Made by a program: the position numbers and the translations under genes. From positions 1 to 20,454 of the forward strand of contig JBGTHM010000082.1 in the NCBI GenBank assembly GCA_041746255.1: 20,454 bases of DNA, read 5' to 3'. The stretch is from Fibrobacteria bacterium. GTDB lineage: Bacteria > Fibrobacterota > Fibrobacteria > UBA11236. Position 1 is the first letter of the stretch. The number at the start of each line of letters is the position of its first letter. Below the pieces are notes generated by a model. The model was given only the letters and a program-made list of their open reading frames with translations. It did not search any database and was not told the DNA's origin. This document shows, one piece after another, positions 1-7,631 of this stretch.

Positions 1-2657
1 TGTGCGCTGCCGGCTCCCAGGGTAAAATTGCGAGGATAGTCGAAAACGGCTTTAAGCACATAGGCGCCTGTGCCCACCTTGTCCCGCTTCGCAGTGAGAC
101 CGTTCCAGACAATTCGGGCGACATAGCGATCGCGTTCTCCGTTTTCACCGGACAATACTTGCATTTGGGCTAAGTCCTCAGCGGATAGGACTCCCTGGGT
201 TTGCGTGACGTAGGCTCCCAGATTGGAGTATATCATGAACGTGTAATTGACGGGAAACTCAGTAACGATATGGAATACTGGTCCCACGAAAACCCCGGAT
301 TGACCCACATAACATGTCCCGCATTTCCCCTCGACGTTTCCGGGCAGGGGATTGCCGTTTCGGTCGATGGGAATGAATTGGGCCGGTCCCGGATCGCTGG
401 GCAGGGGCGCCGGCTGCATTTCACCTTTTATGGTACCCGGAGAAATAACGTAAATTTCCTTGATTTCCTGTTTTGGCGCCGAGCCCGACATGGGGCGAAA
501 ATTTTTCACCGTCGGCTGTATGCCTTGAGTATCCTTGATTTGCCCATTGGGATTAATGGAAACTGAATCTTTTCCCACCGGACGGAATTCTGAATTGGGA
601 TCAATTTCAAAGGTCCAAAGAGCGGGATTGCCCGGATCCTGTGCCACCTTCGAAAAGCGAATTTGATCTGCGGTGAGTTCCACGCCGTCCCGTTTGATGA
701 CCAGAGGAGTGGTGGAGCCGGGAAGCACGTTTACAGGCTCGGAAAAGGTCACAAAAATTACCGACTTCCCGTTGACTTCCTTTACTTCGGCTGTGAGGAT
801 GACGGGCGGCAAGGAGTCCTGGATGTTGAAATAATTGTCGATGAGGGGAATATTATCCTGGCGGAAGGTGCGCCCCAGCGAATCGGGAGCAGGCTGGGAA
901 GTGATTCCAAAAGGGAAGGGATTGGCGAGGGTAACGATGACCCGGGTGGTGGAGGGAGTCCCGTCCGGATTTGTTGCGAATTCGATTTCACCCTTGGAGA
1001 CTTGCGCCAGGCGGGTATGTTTCTTGCCATTCGCGTCCACCATGCGGAATTCCAGACGCTCGGGCAAAGCGGATAGATTCTTTTCGAAATCGATAATTAT
1101 GGTTTCCGCCTTTCCATCTCCATTCAAGTCCCGGTACACGGCCCCGAGAACCGCCGGTCCATAAGACATGCTTACGCTGATGCGCGCGCTGTCGGGAGGT
1201 AGGAAAGGATTGCGGTAGATCAGCGTGATCAAGTCACCGTCCCGGGTTTGCACGATATTGTCGGAAGGTTTGCCTGCGGTACTGTTATGGCCAAAAGGGA
1301 GACTGTTGGCCCAGGTGTCGGTCTTGGTTTTATTGGCTCCTTCCGTGTTTTTCTGATTTTCCCGGTCCGAGATCGAATTTTCTATGACCATGGTGAATGA
1401 ATCGATTTCGGATTTCGTAGTCACGGTATATTTGAGATGCGTATCGGTTATGATGAAGGGTCGGCCAAAGTCGCTGATAGGTTCGTCTAGACGGTTGTAG
1501 AGCGTGATGCGAGGAAGCTCGCGACAGGAATTGGATAGCGGAGTTGCGAATGGCCCGGTGGCGCTGCGGGTGACGTTGAAAACGGATTCGCGAGTTGAAG
1601 AGCCGAAGTCGGTTTCGACCGTGATGGCATTGGTTCCCAACTCCAGGTATATGGGACCGGGCAGTAGCAAAGTGTAAGTAGACGTCCCAGACTGAAAAAT
1701 ATGATCCGCCGCCGGTACCCGGTATTCGCGCTGGGTTAGGGCGTTGCGAACGATGGTCAGTTTCGGTGCGGATTGTTTGAATATCTGTCCGGCGATGTCC
1801 TTGGTCAGCAAGGAGGCGAGCTTGGTGACGTCGCGTACCGCGAAAAACAATCCACCCGTCTTGGTGGCGATATCCTGCATATCCTTATAATCAGCCTGGT
1901 TGTCGCCCAGGAAAATGGCATGCACCTGGGGCCAGCTATTCCATGTTTGCTTATACGCATAAGGGTCGGATTTGGGTTCGTTCGGCCTGCCGTCGGAAAT
2001 GAATATGATGGCCTGTTGATCCTTGGGCTTCTTCGACTGTTGCAGAAGCAACATGGCTGCTTCGAAGGCCGCGGTATAATTGGTGCGACCCTTGAGTTCC
2101 ATTTTGACTTCGGCTTTAATGGAGGCCAGATTAGCCTGGGTCAGGGCCGTCAACTGGCTTGAGCGGTAATAAGCGGATTGATCGAAAAGAACCACGCCGA
2201 CATTCGATTTACCACCCGATTTGGCGAGGGCGCTGTCGAGGAAAGCATGCAAAGACGGTCCTCGCAGGCTGGAGGGATCGCCGCTGATGCAATTGGGATC
2301 GGTGGGATGGTTTCCGACATCCTCGCAATAACGCGGAATGCCGTCCACGGTTTTGACAACGCCCATTGATCCGGTATTATCCATGATGAGTACGATATCG
2401 GGAGCTTCAACGTTGGTTTCCGAAGCGAGGCAGATATTGAGACCGTCGCGTTCAATGGCAATTAGAGATTCTTGCACGCGGATGCTGGATGCATTCGATG
2501 TTTGCCCATCCAGGCAAGGTATGGCTGGCTTGAACTCGCAAATTAGGCCGCTTTCTCCGCCGCCGATTTGGGCGGACACCGTACCAATCAACGTGGCGAG
2601 TAGGCAGGCGGGAAGCTGGGGAAGTTTTAGAATTTTTACGAAGTATGGCTGAAGCAT
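1..2657 (-). CDS. Secreted VWA (von Willebrand factor A) domain protein, >=885 aa, truncated at its 3' end by the window edge
   Basis: Translated by hand. ATG at 2657 with GGGAG 8 nt upstream; frame open to position 3. Signal-like N-terminus (MLQPYFVKILKLPQLPACLLATLIGTVSAQ). MIDAS elements DIVLIMDNTGSMG (2361-2399), GRTNY and IIFISDGRPN. DLNGDGKAE Ca-loop-like motif. C-terminal IVWNGLTAKRDKVGTGAYVLKA. Confidence 0.9.
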   Translation of the reverse strand, partial: MLQPYFVKILKLPQLPACLLATLIGTVSAQIGGGESGLICEFKPAIPCLDGQTSNASSIRVQESLIAIERDGLNICLASETNVEAPDIVLIMDNTGSMGVVKTVDGIPRYCEDVGNHPTDPNCISGDPSSLRGPSLHAFLDSALAKSGGKSNVGVVLFDQSAYYRSSQLTALTQANLASIKAEVKMELKGRTNYTAAFEAAMLLLQQSKKPKDQQAIIFISDGRPNEPKSDPYAYKQTWNSWPQVHAIFLGDNQADYKDMQDIATKTGGLFFAVRDVTKLASLLTKDIAGQIFKQSAPKLTIVRNALTQREYRVPAADHIFQSGTSTYTLLLPGPIYLELGTNAITVETDFGSSTRESVFNVTRSATGPFATPLSNSCRELPRITLYNRLDEPISDFGRPFIITDTHLKYTVTTKSEIDSFTMVIENSISDRENQKNTEGANKTKTDTWANSLPFGHNSTAGKPSDNIVQTRDGDLITLIYRNPFLPPDSARISVSMSYGPAVLGAVYRDLNGDGKAETIIIDFEKNLSALPERLEFRMVDANGKKHTRLAQVSKGEIEFATNPDGTPSTTRVIVTLANPFPFGITSQPAPDSLGRTFRQDNIPLIDNYFNIQDSLPPVILTAEVKEVNGKSVIFVTFSEPVNVLPGSTTPLVIKRDGVELTADQIRFSKVAQDPGNPALWTFEIDPNSEFRPVGKDSVSINPNGQIKDTQGIQPTVKNFRPMSGSAPKQEIKEIYVISPGTIKGEMQPAPLPSDPGPAQFIPIDRNGNPLPGNVEGKCGTCYVGQSGVFVGPVFHIVTEFPVNYTFMIYSNLGAYVTQTQGVLSAEDLAQMQVLSGENGERDRYVARIVWNGLTAKRDKVGTGAYVLKAVFDYPRNFTLGAGSA

Positions 2658-2934
2658 ATTTTGTACTCCCGAGACCTGCATGCAGGATATCGACCTGAAA
2701 ATATGGTGTTTTATCGGTTCTACCCTAGAGGATAGGGGAGTTGGTAGGAGAAGTCAATTTGTTGTTAACAAATTAGTTTCCTTTGAGTTTTTAAAAGGTT
2801 TTTTGAGGATAGATTGATTCCAACAATCTGAAAAATTACTTCCATAACCTAATCGGCGTTACTCTATGGGTATGGTTCCGGAATAACAGACTATGGTAAT
2901 TTCCGCTAAGGCCCTTCATAAAAGGATTTACCCA

Positions 2935-3882
2935 ATGAAACGCATTCGATTTCAACGCCCCCAAAAAATGTTTTCTATGGCCGTATTCACTATCGCTACC
3001 CTTGCGTTGAGTGGTTGCGTGTTAACTTCGGAAGAAAGCGAGAAAGTAAAGAGCGCAACCGAAACTGAGAAGCAAACCGGGAACCAAACCGGCACCATTA
3101 CCCCGGTTTCCGACAAAGTCAATGAGACGGCTCAGAAAAACACGGAGATAGGGGTGGGGTCCTCCAATATTGATGACGGATCCAAAGTTCGCATCGCTAC
3201 CGTGGGTGTATCCCAATGCTTTTGGGGTAGCTTGCAAAAAGGCCAGAAAGAAGAACCGATTGTCAAAATCAACCATGCCGTCACGGCCGACCTAGTGGAT
3301 GTTGAACTGATATTCAGTCCGGCATTTGTCGATTTGACCTATGGAAAAAACAAGATTGGGTGGAAGAACCATACCTTCAATCTGCTGGTCACAAGCGATC
3401 ACGTGGAAGTCGGGCTCCTTAACGGCAATGGTGAAACCGCCTTTCATGGAAAAATCGATTTACTCAGCAAAACCGATAAGGTTCCCTCCGGATACGCTTC
3501 CCTGGGCTTTACCGGCGGAGATGGAAACTTGACTGTCGGAAAGATTGAGGACGTGGTATCCTTCGGTACCTCCTTCGACGACAACCTCAATTACCATGGT
3601 TATCATCTGTTTACCGACAGCCCGGCCACCGACTCGGTATTTACTCCCAATCCCAATTATCCTTTCTGGGAATTCCGCGCCATTTACCGCGTAACGGTGA
3701 AGGCCGAAATTTTCGGACCTTCGGGATACGGTAGCGCACATATGACTTCGGTCCACGCCTCTCCCAGTAAAAATGGGATTGAAACCGTGGATGTCCTTCA
3801 AAAAACCTGTCCCGTGCCGGGCTCCCCAGGCGACCCTTTTACGCCCACAAAAATCTACGATCCCACCGAATGGATTGACTGA
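2935..3882 (+). CDS. Uncharacterised lipoprotein
   Basis: ORF 2893..3882. ATG 2935 preferred because AAGGA lies just upstream. Basic N-region, hydrophobic core and lipobox LSGC, then a T/E/K-rich linker and a globular domain. Confidence 0.8.
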   Translation: MKRIRFQRPQKMFSMAVFTIATLALSGCVLTSEESEKVKSATETEKQTGNQTGTITPVSDKVNETAQKNTEIGVGSSNIDDGSKVRIATVGVSQCFWGSLQKGQKEEPIVKINHAVTADLVDVELIFSPAFVDLTYGKNKIGWKNHTFNLLVTSDHVEVGLLNGNGETAFHGKIDLLSKTDKVPSGYASLGFTGGDGNLTVGKIEDVVSFGTSFDDNLNYHGYHLFTDSPATDSVFTPNPNYPFWEFRAIYRVTVKAEIFGPSGYGSAHMTSVHASPSKNGIETVDVLQKTCPVPGSPGDPFTPTKIYDPTEWID

Positions 3883-3943
3883 GCCGCACCGCTGTCCAAA
3901 TCTATGACGATTGCTAGATTAGCCTCCAACAGGAGACTGATGC

Positions 3944-4507
3944 ATGGTAGTATTGCCCACGCCTTTACCCGGTTTGAGGGTTATAAAGCCGACCGTTTTC
4001 GAAGATGAGCGGGGTTGGTTCTATGAGAGCTATAACCGCGAAAAATTTTCTGGCGCCGGCGTCGATACCGTTTTCGTGCAAGACAATCACAGCCGCTCCG
4101 CCAAAAACACGCTACGCGGGATGCATTTTCAGAGTTCTCCGGGTCAAATAAAGCTGGTTCGTTGTACCAAAGGAGAAATTTGGGACGTAGCCGTGGACCT
4201 TAGGCCTGAAAGTCCCACCTTCGGACTGCATTTCGGAGCCTATTTGAACGAAGAGACCAAACACCAGATTTATCTGCCCTTGGGTTTCGCCCATGGCTTT
4301 TTGGTGGTTTCCGACTGGGCCGAGGTGCAATATAAATGTTCCAGCGTCTACAACGGCGCCACCGAATGCGGAATCGCATGGGACGATCCCGATTTGGCCA
4401 TAGCCTGGCCGTTAAAGGGCCAAACCCCGCTGCTCTCCCAACGCGATAGGCAAAATCAAAGCTTTAGCGACTACCGCTCGGGGCTTTCGAGTTCCAACCC
4501 GTCGTAA
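3944..4507 (+). CDS. rfbC: dTDP-4-dehydrorhamnose 3,5-epimerase
   Basis: Motifs FEDERGWFYESY, VQDNHSRS, LRGMHFQ, QIKLVRC, DVAVDLR, GFAHGF, YKCS, WDDPDLAIAWP and LSQRD. SD AGGAG at 3931-3935. Confidence 0.96.
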   Translation: MVVLPTPLPGLRVIKPTVFEDERGWFYESYNREKFSGAGVDTVFVQDNHSRSAKNTLRGMHFQSSPGQIKLVRCTKGEIWDVAVDLRPESPTFGLHFGAYLNEETKHQIYLPLGFAHGFLVVSDWAEVQYKCSSVYNGATECGIAWDDPDLAIAWPLKGQTPLLSQRDRQNQSFSDYRSGLSSSNPS

Positions 4508-5241
4508 CTCATATACATGTTTTCGGGGAGGATGCTTTGGGTTTCCTCATGCTCGAGTTCGTGGGTCATGTGAATGAAATAGGTGCGGCGCGCGCCGATG
4601 CGTTTGGCGTATGCCACCGATTGCGATAGGCATAAATGGGTGGAATGCGGTCGCATGCGCAGGCAGTCGAGCGCCAGGATATCCAGCCCCCTCATGCGCT
4701 CCAGGGTGGAATCGGGAATTACGGTGACGTCGGTGATAAGGGCGAAATCGTTGATGCGATAACCCAGAATGGGTAGCGGTCCATGGAGAACCGGTAAGGG
4801 AACGATTTTCCAATCCCCTGCGGGAATGTCGCCGGTAACCTCCCGTAAGGCGAACTGGGGAATGCCTCCGCCGTGGGGAAGGGGAGGTCGAAAGGCATAG
4901 CGATAACGGCTTTTGACATCGGCCAGGGTATGCGCATTGCCATGGATGGGAAGCGGGCCTCTGCTGCGCTGGCTGAATACCCGCAAGTCATCCATTCCCG
5001 CAGTGTGATCGGCATGGGCGTGGGTTAACAGCACATAATCGATTTCCGAAATTCCGTAGCGTAAGCTTGCCATGCGAAACTCGGGGGAGACATCGATTAG
5101 GGTCGATTGGTTGGCATCCCGAATCCATACTCCCAGTCGGTTGCGTCGGTTAAGCGGGTTGGGCGACATGCAAACGCGGCAGCGGCATCCGATGGTGGGT
5201 ATGCCATGTGAGGTTCCGGTTCCCAAAAAGGTGATTCGCAT
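4471..5241 (-). CDS. MBL-fold metallo-hydrolase, PhnP-like phosphodiesterase family
   Basis: Starts MRITFLGTGTSHGIPTIGCRCRVC (CxCxxC). HxHxDH motif THAHADH; also PVLHG, ITDV, HSTHL and FIHMTH. Start moved from 5268 to ATG 5241. Confidence 0.92.
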   Translation of the reverse strand: MRITFLGTGTSHGIPTIGCRCRVCMSPNPLNRRNRLGVWIRDANQSTLIDVSPEFRMASLRYGISEIDYVLLTHAHADHTAGMDDLRVFSQRSRGPLPIHGNAHTLADVKSRYRYAFRPPLPHGGGIPQFALREVTGDIPAGDWKIVPLPVLHGPLPILGYRINDFALITDVTVIPDSTLERMRGLDILALDCLRMRPHSTHLCLSQSVAYAKRIGARRTYFIHMTHELEHEETQSILPENMYMSYDGLELESPER

Positions 5242-5247
5242 ACAGGG

Positions 5248-5257
5248 AAAATAACAA
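5248..5257 (-). promoter_or_regulatory. Putative extended -10 element (TTGTTATTTT) 6 nt before the ATG of the MBL hydrolase
   Basis: Fits TG-n-TAnnnT. No SD between it and the start codon. Same layout as 12873-12882. Confidence 0.45.
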
Positions 5258-5373
5258 TCTTTAGGCATTCGTCTGAAGGTCGAAGATTTCCATGATCCCT
5301 GTGACGGCGGTCATGTTTATTTTCCTCGATTTATCTCTATTCCTTCCAGAATGAAAACCTTCAGGAGGGAAAT

Positions 5374-6702
5374 ATGCATGTAATTGATACGCGATCCGGT
5401 ATGGGAATTTTGCCGGGAATTATCACCGGTTTACTCTTATTTGGAACTCTAGGGCTGGTTAGCTGTAAATCAGGTAGCACCAAGGGAAATGCAATTTTAA
5501 GTCCAGGGGACGGGGGAGGAAATCGTATCCTGATTTCCCTGCGGCAATCCGGCTTGCAAGGCGAGGAAAAGCCGGCGGCCACTGAAATCGATTCCATTCA
5601 CATTTCCATTTCCGCCGAGGATATGCTTCCCATGCAATTTTCGTTTACCGGATCGGAACTTGAGGTGGAGCTTCCCGGCATACCGCCAGGCAAAGCGAGG
5701 CTTTTGCAAGCCGGTCTCTACCAGGGCGGCAGCTTGCATTATTTTGGAGAGGCGCGGCTCGATTTGTCCAAAGAGGAGCCGGCTCGCATTACCATGCCAT
5801 GCTCCCCTCGCTTCTCGCATATCTCCGGTTTTTTCCATCTGGGGCCCGGAAATCCCTACCGGGTGGCTGCGGGCAAGCTCACCTTGACCTCCGATGCATG
5901 GAAAAAGGAGGAATTACTCTCGCTGGAAGGGGAATTCGCCCGCTTCTTGTTTGAATTCGTCCCCGGAAATAAAAAATATCGACTTCGCCTGGAACTCTTT
6001 GACGCTGCGGGAGAAACGGTGCTTACCGGTGAAATGCCGGAAAGATTGCTGGAATCCGGCAAACTCGCGCGCTGGGAACTTCCGCTTTCGTCCTCCCATG
6101 CCCTTGCCGTTTTGGGGTTTACCCTGCAGGCCGCCGCACCGGTGTTGTTACAACCCCGGTTTCCCTCCCTTCGAAGACCTCCGAAGCAATATGGTGAAGT
6201 GATCTTTACGGAATTTTATGCGGCTCCCTCGGCTGCCGATTCGGGGAGCGAGGGAGAGTGGATGGAAATTCTGAACCGTGCCACCGACACTTTGGATTTA
6301 CGAGGTTGCCGGATTTCACGCGAAGGTAGTGTCTCGCCGACCAAATCCCTGCAACTCGACAGCACCTTATTTTTGGAGCCGGGGCGGGCCTATGTACTCG
6401 GGAGAAAAGCTGCTGCGAAGGCTGATAGCCGGTTTGATACTTTCGGTTTGGTCAATACACAATCCACGTTGATGCTTTTGTGCCGTTCAGACAGTCTATT
6501 GCTGGATACTTTGCATTATAATACGGTTTTGGCGGATGGAGCGCCGGGCGTGCGTATTCGTGAAGGGCGTGTTTCCACCCTGCGTCATGATAGGCTGGAA
6601 TTGCGGGAGCTTTCGGAAAATTGGTGCCATACGGCCATGGTTGCTCGGGAGGGTCTACCCGGAGCCAGTCCAGGCGAAGCCGAGTCGCATTGCCCTCGGT
6701 GA
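5374..6702 (+). CDS. Lamin-tail-domain (LTD) containing lipoprotein
   Basis: SD GGAGG; lipobox-like LVSC. LTD signature VIFTEFYAAP...EWMEILNRATDTLDLRGCRI and C-terminal GASPG. Beta-rich N-terminal region. Confidence 0.82.
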   Translation: MHVIDTRSGMGILPGIITGLLLFGTLGLVSCKSGSTKGNAILSPGDGGGNRILISLRQSGLQGEEKPAATEIDSIHISISAEDMLPMQFSFTGSELEVELPGIPPGKARLLQAGLYQGGSLHYFGEARLDLSKEEPARITMPCSPRFSHISGFFHLGPGNPYRVAAGKLTLTSDAWKKEELLSLEGEFARFLFEFVPGNKKYRLRLELFDAAGETVLTGEMPERLLESGKLARWELPLSSSHALAVLGFTLQAAAPVLLQPRFPSLRRPPKQYGEVIFTEFYAAPSAADSGSEGEWMEILNRATDTLDLRGCRISREGSVSPTKSLQLDSTLFLEPGRAYVLGRKAAAKADSRFDTFGLVNTQSTLMLLCRSDSLLLDTLHYNTVLADGAPGVRIREGRVSTLRHDRLELRELSENWCHTAMVAREGLPGASPGEAESHCPR

Positions 6703-6709
6703 GAAGGGA

Positions 6710-7528
6710 TCAGGGCGCTTCAGGAGGGCTGGAGGAGTATCCGGTGGAAGTGGAAAGAGGGTTGGCAATCAATCCCTTTTTGAAATATCCGACGGCAAAA
6801 CCGAAGATTCCGTAAATCATGATCAAACCCCAGAGGTATTCCGGAAATATCATTCCGAACCCCAGGATATACCCCACTATGACATTGGCAATTTGAAAAA
6901 GGTTGAAAGCCTTATTCTTGCGACCCATAAGCTTGGGCAGATATAACGGAGATACCATGAGCAGGCCACTGAAAATGAGCAACAGCGGGAGCGCGATTAT
7001 CAGGTCCGGCCGGGTACCCATCAGGTATTTTTCGAAGAGAATGACATTTAGGGCCATGAAGCCGCCGGCAAAAGTGGAGGGCAGACCGTGGAAATAACTG
7101 GTGAGTTCCTCCATGTCAACCGCGTTATAGCGGGCGAGGCGCATGGAAGCGCACAGCATGTATACGCCCACGGAAACCAGCATAAGGGGACGGTGCCCCA
7201 TGAACCATTGCATATTGGAAGATTGGACGTAGAAGTAAACCAGGAAGCCCGGAGCTAACCCGAATGCCACCAAGTCTGCCAGGCTGTCGAATTGGGCTCC
7301 GAAATCGCTGGAGGCTTTCAATACCTTGGCGCTGAATCCGTCGAGTTTATCGAAAAGGACGCACCAAATAATAATCCAGGCGGCCAATACCAGAGGTTGT
7401 TTACTGCTTAGAAAAACGAGGCCGGTAGTGGGTGAGAATGATTCCGCCATGATCAGAATGCTGAATATTCCCAGGAGAAAATTAAAGCTGGTGAAGAAGT
7501 TCGGAACCAGATAACGGGTTTTGGTCAA
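6710..7528 (-). CDS. pssA: CDP-alcohol phosphatidyltransferase, probable CDP-diacylglycerol--serine O-phosphatidyltransferase
   Basis: N-terminal LVPNFFT; family motif DKLDGFSAK...SDFGAQFDSLAD; MRLARYN; YFHGLPS; multiple TM segments. TTG start with AGAGGA 6 nt upstream. Confidence 0.85.
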   Translation of the reverse strand: MTKTRYLVPNFFTSFNFLLGIFSILIMAESFSPTTGLVFLSSKQPLVLAAWIIIWCVLFDKLDGFSAKVLKASSDFGAQFDSLADLVAFGLAPGFLVYFYVQSSNMQWFMGHRPLMLVSVGVYMLCASMRLARYNAVDMEELTSYFHGLPSTFAGGFMALNVILFEKYLMGTRPDLIIALPLLLIFSGLLMVSPLYLPKLMGRKNKAFNLFQIANVIVGYILGFGMIFPEYLWGLIMIYGIFGFAVGYFKKGLIANPLSTSTGYSSSPPEAP

Positions 7529-7631
7529 GTCATGTCCTCTCTTTATCGTCCGGGCCGGGGCTTTTAAAAAACTATAATAATCCCGGGAATCGGGGCATCG
7601 AATAATAAAGTGCGAAAATTCCAGGGAATGG

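Noticed and set aside
201..2652. Several + strand ORFs (121, 137, 109, 129, 104 aa and others)
   Set aside because: Shadows of the minus-strand vWA gene, which carries clear domain motifs.
4471..5241. MBL protein as a beta-lactamase or part of a C-P lyase operon
   Set aside because: No signal peptide, a PhnP-like CxCxxC N-terminus, and no phn genes nearby.
7525..7533. ATG-ACT-TGA mini-ORF overlapping the pssA TTG start (minus strand)
   Set aside because: The SD is only 1 nt from this ATG but 6 nt from the TTG, so it is probably coincidental.
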